The notes under the pieces: generated by a model
What the model was told of the DNA's origin: nothing
The model's input: only the letters and a program-made list of their open reading frames with translations
The model's database searches: none
Source of the DNA: Clostridia bacterium
Lineage (GTDB): Bacteria > Bacillota > Clostridia > Acetivibrionales > JAFADI01
DNA: 64,000 nucleotides
Assembly (NCBI GenBank): GCA_026418695.1
Contig: JAOAAU010000147.1
Location: forward strand, 20,484 to 84,483
Direction of reading: 5' to 3'
Part shown: piece after piece, positions 41,052 to 51,137 of the stretch
Layout: every line of letters starts with the position of its first letter
Position numbering within the stretch: the stretch's first letter is position 1
Made by a program: the position numbers and the translations under genes

Positions 41052-42404
41052 TAACGCAACTTTAAAACAGATGCCTTCCGGATCGCATTCAACCCATATC
41101 TCGCCCCCATGGAGTTCAACAATACTCTTTGCGATTGAAAGTCCAATTCCGGTCCCTCCTGTTTCTGAATTTCTTGCTTCATCCGTCCTGTAAAACCTTT
41201 CAAACACCATATCCTGCTCTTCCTGACTCAGAGTTCTTCCCTTGTTATAAATGCTCACGATTGTACGATCTCTATCACAGAAGATGCTTACATCTACATT
41301 TCCAGGCTTTTCACTGTACTTAATCGCATTGTTTAGAATATTTTCAAACACTCTTACCAGTTTTTCCGCGTCCACTTGAACTAAAATCTCCTGATCAGGA
41401 GCGCCATAAGCTATGGAAGTATCATTCAAAGATGCGACCGGCATCAACCCTTCCACGACCTGGCGCACAAGCTCATTCATCGACACCTGTGCTTTTTGAA
41501 GGCTCACATCACAGTTAGTCAGGGCAGTATATTCAAACAGATCCTGGATCATCAGCCCCAGTCTTTGCGCTTTTTCATCAATAATACGAATATAATCCTT
41601 AATTTCATCTTCTCCTGTATATTTTTCTTTTAACAATTGAGTATATCCCATAATGGAAGTCAGCGGTGTTCTGAGATCATGCGACATATTCACGATCAAC
41701 TCGGTTTTCATTTTTTCTGCCTGAGCCTCTTTTTGTTTTCTGGTATTCAATTCTCCTGTCATCAGGTTGATATTCTCTGCAAGCAGTGTCAGCTCATCTT
41801 TCCCTTTGATTTTAACCTTGTAGCTTAAATTCCCTTTGGAGATCTCTACAAGAGAGTTTGCCAAAACCTTAATATAATTCACCCTACTGTAAGTCAGTAA
41901 AAAGAAAGTAATGATAAATACAATAATTCCTATGAACCCTAGTCGGTTTACATCTTCCTTAATGATTGTTCCCGAAAATACAACCTGGTTGCCGTCCGGA
42001 AGCGATTCGACCTTACTGTATCGGATTCTATTCCCTTGATATTCGTAATTATCCTGACCCCTTTTAATCAAATCAAGATCGAGTTTGGTTAAGGGGTTTT
42101 GATAAGGCTTTAGAAATACTATCCCGTTTTTGTCTGCTATAAATGTTTCAATCTGGGCATTGTTCCTTGTAAAATTATCATTGATGATTTTTTGAAGCTT
42201 TTCCTGATTGGGATAATTCGCCGTGATTTCTTCCACAATCGGCCGGCACGCTCTTTTAAAGCCTTCAATTTCAGGGGAATAATCCGTTCTGTTGTTCCGG
42301 ATAATTCCGTTGATTGTCATGAAGGCGATGAGTCCAGCCAATAGGGAGATTAAAAATGCAGCAATAAATTTCGCCCTGATCCCAAAAACAAATTTACTTT
42401 TCAA
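41049..42404 (-). CDS. Sensor histidine kinase (HAMP-HisKA-HATPase)
   Basis: NMSHDLRTPLTS, ENILNNAIKY, GGTGIGL. Confidence 0.92.
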   Translation of the reverse strand: MKSKFVFGIRAKFIAAFLISLLAGLIAFMTINGIIRNNRTDYSPEIEGFKRACRPIVEEITANYPNQEKLQKIINDNFTRNNAQIETFIADKNGIVFLKPYQNPLTKLDLDLIKRGQDNYEYQGNRIRYSKVESLPDGNQVVFSGTIIKEDVNRLGFIGIIVFIITFFLLTYSRVNYIKVLANSLVEISKGNLSYKVKIKGKDELTLLAENINLMTGELNTRKQKEAQAEKMKTELIVNMSHDLRTPLTSIMGYTQLLKEKYTGEDEIKDYIRIIDEKAQRLGLMIQDLFEYTALTNCDVSLQKAQVSMNELVRQVVEGLMPVASLNDTSIAYGAPDQEILVQVDAEKLVRVFENILNNAIKYSEKPGNVDVSIFCDRDRTIVSIYNKGRTLSQEEQDMVFERFYRTDEARNSETGGTGIGLSIAKSIVELHGGEIWVECDPEGICFKVAL

Positions 42405-43083
42405 TTTTATACCCCACTCCCCATATGGTTTTGATATATCTGGGGTTCTTCAAGGTATCTCCAAGTTTTTCTCTAAGGTTCTTAATGTGTGTCATGATGG
42501 TAGAATCCGATTCGAAAAACTCTTCGTTCCAAACGCTTTCATAAATCTTTCTGCTGCTGAAAACAATTCCTCTATTCTTTGCCAAAAGCCCTAATATTTC
42601 AAACTCTTTATGGGTTAACGGGATTTCATTTCCATCCAAGGTTACCTGATGGGTCTGGGTATTGATAGTCAAACCGTTAATGACAATCTCCGAGTTTACG
42701 GAAACCACATTATTTTTAAGATACCTCTTCAGTAATGCTTTTACCCTTACAATCACTTCCAAGGGATTAAAAGGCTTGGCTACATAATCATCGGCTCCAG
42801 TCATAATGCCCTGAATTCGATCTGTAGACTCTCCTTTTGCTGAAAGCATCAGAATAGGGACATCCCAAGTCTCTCGTATTTTTGCACACACCTTAATCCC
42901 ATCCATTCCCGGAAGCATGATATCCAGGATCACCAACTGAATCGGGTGCTGCTTCAATATATCCAAAGCTTCCATTCCATCTTTGGCCTTAAGTACCTCA
43001 TAGCCCTCATTTTTAAGATAAATCTCAATCAGGTCCCGGATGTCCTTCTCATCATCTACGACCAATACGCTAATTTTCTCCAT
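42394..43083 (-). CDS. OmpR family response regulator
   Basis: VDDE, ILDIMLP, GADDYVAKPF, IWGVGYK. Confidence 0.93.
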   Translation of the reverse strand: MEKISVLVVDDEKDIRDLIEIYLKNEGYEVLKAKDGMEALDILKQHPIQLVILDIMLPGMDGIKVCAKIRETWDVPILMLSAKGESTDRIQGIMTGADDYVAKPFNPLEVIVRVKALLKRYLKNNVVSVNSEIVINGLTINTQTHQVTLDGNEIPLTHKEFEILGLLAKNRGIVFSSRKIYESVWNEEFFESDSTIMTHIKNLREKLGDTLKNPRYIKTIWGVGYKIEK

Positions 43084-43091
43084 GGTTCCCC

Positions 43092-44915
43092 CTAAATCAG
43101 TGAGTAAATAACCATTCCACCCATCATCAAAGTTGAAATCCAGCTGTCTCTCAACTTCTGCCTGTTCCTTATCAAGAAAGGTAGTTTTACCAGTTCAATT
43201 ATACCTATCATTATAGCAAATATTGTCACAGGATGTACTCCTGCATTTCCTTTAATCACAGCCATGGATAGTACTGTTGATATCAGGCCAGCCAAAACAT
43301 ACAGTATGAATTTTAGATACTGGAGGATCCCCTTTTTCACATAGGAACCCTTGCCTCTCAAAACCAGGAAGTAATAGCCTGTCATGAATAATATAAAAAG
43401 TATCATCGTCTTAAAAAACAAGTGAGTTAGACTTTTGAGTAAGATTGCCGAAAAACTTAATCGCAGCTGTCCATTTCCGTCATTGAGAAGATTCTCGACT
43501 TCCTCCTGAGTCCAACCGATTCCGTAACTATTTTGGAGTAATATCGCCCTTGTTTTCTCTTGTATGCCCTCGATGGAATTGAAATCATCTGCTTTATTAA
43601 AAAATCTTATTCTATCTCTATACCGAATGATCTTTTCAGCCTCACTGCGCTTCATACCATCCAGTTTTAATAAATCTTCAACCTCGCAGGTATTGATATT
43701 GAAGATATATAAAGGCAGCTTCACGGCTCCAAACTGGTCCATCGCCATCCGAATATGATTGCCTTTGCTGATCATCCATAATTCAGGGATCATTTCATCA
43801 AAAAAGTCGTATCCCACGGCCTCACGATAAATCTTAAGGATTTTCTCCTTCTCTTCCGGGTGTTCCAAAGCATATCCCCTTACGAACTGAATCAACGGGG
43901 GCTTCTCATCCTTGCCGACATGTTTACTGAATACCTCCAGCACTTTCGAATAGTGCTCCAGCATCGGAAGTGAGTTTTCCTTATATAGACGAAGAAAAAA
44001 ACTTGATATCACTGATTCTGTAGATAAACACTGTTGAAGGGACCTTTTTTGGCTCAAGTCCTGTTTGAAGCCCATTTTTCTATATAGTATGGTTTTCTCA
44101 GTATCATTGAATTGTCTGGAGGAATTCTTGTAAATGGCTTCTCCGTTAACTGGAAGCTGTTCTCTTCTAAGTCCTTCTGCTTTGTTTACCCAAAAGAATG
44201 CGGTACTCCTGAAATAACCCAGTCTTAACGGCAAATCAAAGTCTCTTTCAGCTTTGGACAATATCGGTCCTATGGTCTTGCGGACCTGCTCCATATCCTG
44301 ATATATCCCGTCCTTTAGTTCCTTGTTTTCTTCGAACTGTCTGGAGATAATCTCAAAATGTTCTGCAAAGCCTTCATGAAAAGCAGTTGAGTATTGAGTG
44401 ATTACATTGGAATTATGCATTTCAAGGCTTCCCATTTTCTCTTCCTTCATTGAAGGAACTGTCATTCCAACCAGAACATGCCCCATCTCATGAGGGAAAA
44501 TCTGTGTCAGAGATTGCAGTCTTGCCGGGCTGGAAGTTAACTCTTCGGTATTCAGTTCGATATAAGGAGAGGATGTTTTATCAATCAATGTTCCGCCTTT
44601 TTTCAAATAAAATCCTATCCTGCCATACTCTCCTGAGTTAGGCTTAAAAGTTAAATAAAAAGGCTCTCCTTTTGTGTTGCTATACTTCTGTGCGATAGAA
44701 TAAATTTGAAGGGACTTTTTCATAAATGAATTATTGATAAGCGCTTGAACGCTTTGGTTTTGCCAGCCTTCTTCGAGAACGGCAAATCCGTCTTTCTGCT
44801 CATTCGTGGTTGAAAGGATGACAACTTCCGGAACTTCCTTCTCTAAGGCTCTTATCGGCATTGCAGATAAAAGAATAGCTATAAGCATAATTAAAATGAA
44901 CACTAACTTCTTCAT
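43092..44915 (-). CDS. Exported zinc-peptidase-like domain + ComEA-type helix-hairpin-helix + C-terminal TM bundle
   Basis: Signal peptide MKKLVFILIML; HEMGH...FHEGFAE; NINTCEVEDLLKLDGMKRSEAEKIIRYR...IEGI; about 4 C-terminal TM helices. Confidence 0.7.
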   Translation of the reverse strand: MKKLVFILIMLIAILLSAMPIRALEKEVPEVVILSTTNEQKDGFAVLEEGWQNQSVQALINNSFMKKSLQIYSIAQKYSNTKGEPFYLTFKPNSGEYGRIGFYLKKGGTLIDKTSSPYIELNTEELTSSPARLQSLTQIFPHEMGHVLVGMTVPSMKEEKMGSLEMHNSNVITQYSTAFHEGFAEHFEIISRQFEENKELKDGIYQDMEQVRKTIGPILSKAERDFDLPLRLGYFRSTAFFWVNKAEGLRREQLPVNGEAIYKNSSRQFNDTEKTILYRKMGFKQDLSQKRSLQQCLSTESVISSFFLRLYKENSLPMLEHYSKVLEVFSKHVGKDEKPPLIQFVRGYALEHPEEKEKILKIYREAVGYDFFDEMIPELWMISKGNHIRMAMDQFGAVKLPLYIFNINTCEVEDLLKLDGMKRSEAEKIIRYRDRIRFFNKADDFNSIEGIQEKTRAILLQNSYGIGWTQEEVENLLNDGNGQLRLSFSAILLKSLTHLFFKTMILFILFMTGYYFLVLRGKGSYVKKGILQYLKFILYVLAGLISTVLSMAVIKGNAGVHPVTIFAIMIGIIELVKLPFLIRNRQKLRDSWISTLMMGGMVIYSLI

Positions 44916-45006
44916 AAATCTCACCTTTCCGATTAAACTGATTTCATTATAATTGGAAAGCATAAATTTCTTTTGGAGAAAATCTAAAGATTTTCTGAAG
45001 AATTAT

Positions 45007-45048
45007 AAAAAGGCTATCTCAATTCAATCTAAAAATGAGATAGCCCTT
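45007..45048 (-). terminator. Rho-independent terminator
   Basis: GGCTATCTCA...TGAGATAGCC with a T tract on the minus strand. Confidence 0.75.
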
Positions 45049-45074
45049 AATTACCAGCAGCTGATCAATATTAT

Positions 45075-46553
45075 TTACTGTTCTTTAAGCATCCGTTTCA
45101 GGATCTTTCCCGTACTGTTCTTGGGAAGGTTCGGAACAAAATCAATTTCACGAGGCAGCTTGTAAGCAGCAAGCCGTTCTTTCATGTAACCAAGCAGTTC
45201 CTTGGAAGTACACTCTTCACCTTCTTTGATTACGACGTATGCTTTCACATACTCACCGCGAAGCTTGTCCTCCAAACCAATTACTGCAGCCTCTTTCACC
45301 TTGGAATACTGATAGATCACTTCTTCTACTTCTCTTGGATAAACGTTTAAACCACCCACAATGACCATGTCTTTCTTTCGGTCAACGATGTATATGTAGC
45401 CGTCTTCATCCTTCTTTGCGAGGTCTCCGGTATGGAGCCACCCATTCAGCAGCGCCTTTTTCGATTCTTCCTCCTGTTTATAATAACCCAGCATGACGTT
45501 TTCGCCCTTGACAGCAAGTTCTCCAACCTCTCCGACAGGCAGTTCCCTATCATTTTCATCGACGATTTTACATTCTACATAAGGTAAAGGCAAGCCAATG
45601 GAGCCTTCCTTTTGTACTCCATCCAATGGATTGAAGCATACCGCCGGTGAGGCTTCCGTCAATCCATAGCCTTCTACGATCGGGAGCTTCAGGATTTCTT
45701 TTGCCTGTCTGAATATTTCGACCGGAAGCGCAGCTCCTCCGGAAACAGCAAGGCGAAGGTTGGGGAAGGTAATATTGTTCTTTCCTGCTTCCAGCAGGAC
45801 AACATACATTGTCGGAACTCCCATAAATACAGTGATATTATCCTTGAGTAAAGATTCAACCACCTCTTTAGGTTGAAAGCTTTCAATAATTGTTATCGCG
45901 GCACCGGACCACAGCGGCATCAAAACACAGGCTGTAAATGCAAACACATGGAACATCGGAAGCACACACATATAGTTGTCCTCAGGTTTGCCATGAAGTC
46001 CTAGCCTGCACTGTTCCGAATTAAATACAAGATTCTTGTGGGTCAGCATGGCAGCCTTTTGCTTTCCTGTAGTGCCCGATGTATAAAGAAATGTGGAAAT
46101 TGCATTCTCATCGGTAAAGTCTTCAAAGCCTTCGTTATTTATCTCTGAAACACTCTTTTGAAACTCCTCATCCAAGACGATGACTTGAATTCCCAGCGCA
46201 TTTTGAATCGACTCCCTGGTTAGTTTTGCTTTTTGCAGAATCATAGGATGGATGATCATGAATCTGGCTTCAGAATCCTTGATCAGATACGCAATCTCTT
46301 CCATCGTAAGCAGAAGGTTAATGGGAACAATGATTGCTCCGTTTCTTACTACACCAAAATACGAATAAATAAATTCCGGTGAATTGGGGCAGCTGAGTAT
46401 GATACTCTCTCCTTTTTTCACACCAAGTTTTTTCAAGAATGCAGCATAACCTGTCACTGTTCTATCGAGCTGTTCGTACGTTACAGTGTTTCCTTTAAAC
46501 CTTAAAGCAATTGAATCGGCCTTAAAAGTGTTCTTGTAAATGGTACCTACCAT
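45075..46553 (-). CDS. Long-chain-fatty-acid--CoA ligase (FadD/LcfB-like)
   Basis: YTSGTTG, EGYGLTEASP, WLHTGD, LPKNSTGKILKR. Confidence 0.9.
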   Translation of the reverse strand: MVGTIYKNTFKADSIALRFKGNTVTYEQLDRTVTGYAAFLKKLGVKKGESIILSCPNSPEFIYSYFGVVRNGAIIVPINLLLTMEEIAYLIKDSEARFMIIHPMILQKAKLTRESIQNALGIQVIVLDEEFQKSVSEINNEGFEDFTDENAISTFLYTSGTTGKQKAAMLTHKNLVFNSEQCRLGLHGKPEDNYMCVLPMFHVFAFTACVLMPLWSGAAITIIESFQPKEVVESLLKDNITVFMGVPTMYVVLLEAGKNNITFPNLRLAVSGGAALPVEIFRQAKEILKLPIVEGYGLTEASPAVCFNPLDGVQKEGSIGLPLPYVECKIVDENDRELPVGEVGELAVKGENVMLGYYKQEEESKKALLNGWLHTGDLAKKDEDGYIYIVDRKKDMVIVGGLNVYPREVEEVIYQYSKVKEAAVIGLEDKLRGEYVKAYVVIKEGEECTSKELLGYMKERLAAYKLPREIDFVPNLPKNSTGKILKRMLKEQ

Positions 46554-46767
46554 CCTAGCCCTCCTAATTCATATTTGTTCAAACGTCAACAAAATGGGAC
46601 AGTCTTTTTATATAGAAAAATTATACTATATCTGGTTGCTTATGAATATATCCAAAATTACATATTGAAAAATACTTATCTGCCATGCTTTTAACGAATT
46701 CCTTTCTTTTTAAAGTTAAAATATTATGGTAATATTATTCATAACATACATTAAATGAGGATTCCCT

Positions 46768-48579
46768 ATGCCGCTGGAATATTTTTCATGGGTCATCTTT
46801 TATATGGTTGTCTTTTTTCTATCTTTTTCCTTGCTGGTCTATTTAGCTGTAAAGGCAAAAAAAAGCCCCCTGCTCTATAGCTTTTTATTCATGCACTTCA
46901 TTACTCTCCTTTGGATACTGCGTGCAACAATCCTCTTTGTGATCATCAGTTATATTAAGGATGAAAATCAATTGACATCCGCATTTGAGTTGCTGAACTG
47001 GAAATTTGGAACGGCAATTGGCGGCTTAGCAGGTCTATCCTGGCTTATATTCAGCTTGAATTATGCTGATTGGAAGCATGCCGGGAATAAACTCGCCATC
47101 GTGCTGTTATCGGCTCCCACTGTTTTTTTTATTCTAACAGCGCTTACCAACGACGTTCACCGCCTGTTCATGTATAAGTTTGTACCTGGAATCTTCTTTT
47201 GGTTTCATGCATTTATCGGTTATTTGTACAGCATTACGGGATTTATTATATTGATACGGTATTCCATCAGAAAGATGGGCTATGAAAGGACTCGCACCAT
47301 TTTGTTGATGGCAGCATATTTTCTGGCGTTTACCTCCAGCCTTATCAATGAACTCCTGGTAGAAGTACTTCATTCCAAACCGATTTTAGGATACGCCGAC
47401 TCCTCTCCCATTGCCTTTACAGTCGCGAACGCATTGATTGCGCTCCTTATATACAAATATAGATTCCTAAATATCAAGACCATTGCGTTAAACAAAATTG
47501 TGAATAATCTTAAACAATCTGTCGTTATTGTAGACAGCTTCAACAAAATCATTAGTCTCAATCGATCTTTTTCTGAAGCGTTTCCGGATGGAATACAGTC
47601 AAAAGAAGATCAAAGGGTTCTTCATCTCAATGAACATTTAAAAGAACGTATTGACCCCAATGAAGAAGGTCAAAAAATACTTGAGGCAATCAATTCAAAC
47701 CAGTGTATAAACTTTCAAGGTGTATTAAAATTAGCGAAGCCTCATAGAAAATACTATGATGTCGTCATCTATCCAATTCTGGATAATGAGAGAGCCCTGG
47801 GAAGAATAATCTCCTTTGATGATATCACCAGAGTAACAGAATTTATGGAAGAATTAGAAGAAAAGAATGATGCCTTATCTTTGCTGAATGATGAGCTAAT
47901 CGATAAGAACAGACAGCTTCGTGATTATGCAGCTGCTGCGGAGGAACTGGCTGTGATGAGGGAAAGAAGCCGATTTTCCAGAGATGTGCATGATACCTTG
48001 GGGCATACAATGACTGTATTAATCACTCAGCTTCAAGTTGTGGATATACTAAGCGACACAGAGCCTGACAAAGCTAAGTTGAAAATTAAGGAAATCATGG
48101 AGATCGCTAAGAATGGGTTAAACGAGTTACGTAAGTCTATTTCCGGACTAATGCCCGGCAAATCGCAGAATATCAATCTCGAGGATGCTCTGATAAAGCT
48201 TGTTGCTGATTTTGAAGCATCCGGGATGAAAATTGATTTATCCTTGAATGGAGACAGCAACTGCTTAACCTCTGAGTATTTCGAGGTATTATTCCGTCTT
48301 TGCCAGGAAGCATTAACCAATGCTCTTCGGCATGGAAAAGCAAAACATGTGGACATTGTGTTTAATTTTTTGGATGAAAAATGCAGGGTCTTTATTAAAG
48401 ACGATGGTCGCGGCTGCAAGGAGGTCCATAAAGGGTTTGGGATAAAAGGTATGGAAGAAAGGGTTTCCAGCTTGGGCGGAAACATTCAATACGGATCGGA
48501 TGGAGAAAACGGGTTCAATATCTTTGTCGAGTTACCTACAACAGGAAGCAAGGAATTACTGTCCAGGACGGGAGGATAA
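46768..48579 (+). CDS. 7TM sensor histidine kinase (HisKA_7TM-like, PAS-like, HisKA_3)
   Basis: About 7 N-terminal TM; ERSRFSRDVHDTLGH, QEALTNALRHG, DDGRG. Confidence 0.9.
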   Translation: MPLEYFSWVIFYMVVFFLSFSLLVYLAVKAKKSPLLYSFLFMHFITLLWILRATILFVIISYIKDENQLTSAFELLNWKFGTAIGGLAGLSWLIFSLNYADWKHAGNKLAIVLLSAPTVFFILTALTNDVHRLFMYKFVPGIFFWFHAFIGYLYSITGFIILIRYSIRKMGYERTRTILLMAAYFLAFTSSLINELLVEVLHSKPILGYADSSPIAFTVANALIALLIYKYRFLNIKTIALNKIVNNLKQSVVIVDSFNKIISLNRSFSEAFPDGIQSKEDQRVLHLNEHLKERIDPNEEGQKILEAINSNQCINFQGVLKLAKPHRKYYDVVIYPILDNERALGRIISFDDITRVTEFMEELEEKNDALSLLNDELIDKNRQLRDYAAAAEELAVMRERSRFSRDVHDTLGHTMTVLITQLQVVDILSDTEPDKAKLKIKEIMEIAKNGLNELRKSISGLMPGKSQNINLEDALIKLVADFEASGMKIDLSLNGDSNCLTSEYFEVLFRLCQEALTNALRHGKAKHVDIVFNFLDEKCRVFIKDDGRGCKEVHKGFGIKGMEERVSSLGGNIQYGSDGENGFNIFVELPTTGSKELLSRTGG

Positions 48580-48580
48580 G

Positions 48581-49213
48581 ATGTCTATGATAAAAGTCAT
48601 AATTGCAGATGACCAACCTGTGATCAGGGATGGTCTGAAATTCATTATCGAACAGAGTAAGGAAATCGAAGTTCTAGGGTGTGCCGGACATGGACTGGAA
48701 GCTCTGGAGCTTTGTGAAAAAGCACACCCCGATATTGTCTTGATGGATATTGTCATGCCTATTTGTGATGGGGTTGAAGGAACAAGGCTCATCAAAGAAA
48801 AGTTTGAAAATATAAAAGTCATGATCCTGACCACCTTCAATGATGAGGACAAGGTTGAGCAAGCCCTGAAAAATGGTGCGGATGGCTATATATTGAAAGC
48901 TATCGAATCTGAGGAACTCATTCTCACTATTAAGACCATTGCAAAAGGACTCCAGGTAATCCATAAAAACTCCTACAACCTGGTTTTGAAAAAACTGCAT
49001 TCCGAGCCTGAGCCTATGGATTTCGGCTTGACTGATAGAGAGTCCGAAGTTGTCAAACTCATTGTATTCGGAAAGAGCAATAAAGAAATTGCTTCTCAAT
49101 TGTACTTAACAGAAGGCAGTGTTAGAAATCTTATTTCATCCATACTTTTCAAAACAAGTCTTAAGGATCGCACACAGTTGGCGGTTTTCGCCGTTAAAAA
49201 CAATATCATATAA
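48581..49213 (+). CDS. NarL/LuxR family response regulator
   Basis: IADDQ, LMDIVMP, LTTF, LTDRESEV...GKSNKEIA; RBS GGAGG before ATG 48581. Confidence 0.93.
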   Translation: MSMIKVIIADDQPVIRDGLKFIIEQSKEIEVLGCAGHGLEALELCEKAHPDIVLMDIVMPICDGVEGTRLIKEKFENIKVMILTTFNDEDKVEQALKNGADGYILKAIESEELILTIKTIAKGLQVIHKNSYNLVLKKLHSEPEPMDFGLTDRESEVVKLIVFGKSNKEIASQLYLTEGSVRNLISSILFKTSLKDRTQLAVFAVKNNII

Positions 49214-49225
49214 ATTGTACTCATG

Positions 49226-49317
49226 ATGACACTTGTCATACTTTGTGAATGATAAGTGTCATCTTCTATTTTAAACAAACTCATGACGTCATCTTTTAAA
49301 TAGGTGACCTTTGTTAT
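49226..49317 (+). promoter_or_regulatory. Array of ATGAC-N4-GTCAT boxes (probable NarL-type regulator sites)
   Basis: ATGACacttGTCAT (49226), ATGATaagtGTCAT (49249), ATGACGTCAT (49283), GTGACctttGTTAT (49304). Confidence 0.7.
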
Positions 49318-49381
49318 CTATGTAACACCCCTTTTTCCATATATGATTGAGTATATATTTGTTTATTTCAGGAGGAACACC

Positions 49382-50950
49382 ATGAATAAGCGGTTAAAAA
49401 AACTATACAAACCATTGATTGGCTTAACTGTGTGCTTTTGTATCTGCACACTAAGCGCCTTCCAGGTTACTGGGTATGCTGAGCCACAAAAGAACTCAGA
49501 CAAGTCCGTTGTACCCCAACAAGCTGCTCCCGTTCGTTATATCAGTACACTTTTTTACAAGGCCGATGTAGAAAAAGATCTTGTTTACAAGGAAGTGAAG
49601 AACTTCAAAGGCGAGCAGCAAGAGTTAAAGCTGGACGTGTATCAGCCATCCGGTGATACTGCATCTGCAAGGCCGGCGATTGTTTTTGTACATGGCGGCG
49701 GTTTGGTTGGTGGCAGCAAGGATGAAGCTTACTTTAAGAACTTTTGTACTGACTTTGTCAAAAAAGGCTATGTAGTTTTCAGTATTGACTACAGGTTGAG
49801 GGAAAACCAGGACCAGTACATGGATGCTTTAAAGGATGCAGCCGCTGATACGGCTTCAGCAGTAGAATGGGTCATAAGCAACAGCAGCAAATACAAGGTG
49901 GATAAAAACCATATTGCTTTTCTGGGTCATTCCGTTGGAAGCGATATCATCAACAACCTGTGCTATAACGATAAAGCTTCCAGCAAACTGCCAAAAGACA
50001 GCATCTATGCCGTAGTAGAAATCGCTGGAGCCGGCTTGTCATTATTCACAGATAAAGGCGTCGTAAAGAAAAATGCTCCCCCTTGCCTCATCGTACACGG
50101 TACTTTGGACGAATATATTCCTTATGATCTGAGCAAGGAATTTTCAGAAGCTTTAAAAAAGAATGAAATTCCCTACAGTTTTCTTACCCTAAAGGATGGG
50201 ACACATCTTTTTAGAGACGATTACTATGAAGTTGTGGACACTTCTGTACAGTTTCTGTACAATCAGCTGATAGGTTTTACTGTGAGAGCAAACAAACAGC
50301 TGTCCATGGAAAAAATCCTGCAAAGGCGGACATCCGGTAAAACCTACAAAGCAAAACAGGTTGATTTTAAAGCAGACGGAAAACTGGATGAATGGGGAAA
50401 ATCCGACGTTTTGAATTTCGATCAAGGGGATGAGTTTACCCTTGAACTCCCTACAAAAGCTGAATTTTCAGGAACTGCCATGATCGGTTGGAACGAAAAT
50501 GACCCTACCCGTATTTATATTGCTGCTACCATCACCGATGATGTTATCCAGAATAATATTCCTGCGGATGGCTGGTGGAGGGCAGATGATACCCTGGAAA
50601 TCAGAACCGACTTATCGGATGACGCTGTGCTTCCCTCCTTGCTTTGGGCTATTGGCGCAACAGGTGATTTATCAGAAATAGCTGCCAAAGACTCTACTGA
50701 ATGTAAAGTCGTGAGAAATGGAACTACCTCTGTTTATGAAATTGCACTCAATCTGGCAAAAGCAAACCCAAAATCTTCTGATATGAAAGCAGTTGTTGAA
50801 AAATTCAAATGTGAAAAAGGCAAAACTATTGGAATTGGCTCGTACTATGATGATACTGAAACCTGGAAGACCGTTGGTTGGGTTGCTGGTCCTGTCGAGG
50901 ATCGTCTGAGCTATGTCAATGTTGTCTTCGATGCGGCCAAAGCTAAGTAA
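49382..50950 (+). CDS. Secreted alpha/beta-hydrolase (HSL-type esterase) with a C-terminal CBM9-like domain
   Basis: Signal peptide; HGGG, GHSVG, VHGTLD, GTH; C-terminal ADGKLDEWG...IYIAATITDD...DDTLEI...YEIAL; RBS AGGAGG. Confidence 0.82.
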   Translation: MNKRLKKLYKPLIGLTVCFCICTLSAFQVTGYAEPQKNSDKSVVPQQAAPVRYISTLFYKADVEKDLVYKEVKNFKGEQQELKLDVYQPSGDTASARPAIVFVHGGGLVGGSKDEAYFKNFCTDFVKKGYVVFSIDYRLRENQDQYMDALKDAAADTASAVEWVISNSSKYKVDKNHIAFLGHSVGSDIINNLCYNDKASSKLPKDSIYAVVEIAGAGLSLFTDKGVVKKNAPPCLIVHGTLDEYIPYDLSKEFSEALKKNEIPYSFLTLKDGTHLFRDDYYEVVDTSVQFLYNQLIGFTVRANKQLSMEKILQRRTSGKTYKAKQVDFKADGKLDEWGKSDVLNFDQGDEFTLELPTKAEFSGTAMIGWNENDPTRIYIAATITDDVIQNNIPADGWWRADDTLEIRTDLSDDAVLPSLLWAIGATGDLSEIAAKDSTECKVVRNGTTSVYEIALNLAKANPKSSDMKAVVEKFKCEKGKTIGIGSYYDDTETWKTVGWVAGPVEDRLSYVNVVFDAAKAK

Positions 50951-51040
50951 TGAGAAATTTTGAAAGCAAAAGAGCCTCAAATTTCTGAAATCACTGCAAC
51001 AAACCTCGCGTAATAGGATCATGGTGCTCACAAAAACAAT

Positions 51041-51095
51041 AAAAATAAGGCTGAGATATGAAATTCATTCGAACTCGTTTCTCAGCTTTATTTTT
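51041..51095. terminator. Bidirectional terminator
   Basis: AAAAATAAGGCTGAGA...TCTCAGCTTTATTTTT between convergent genes. Confidence 0.75.
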
Positions 51096-51137
51096 ACTTA
51101 ACCTTTTATTTTTAGGGTTGCTTCTCCAGAATTACTT

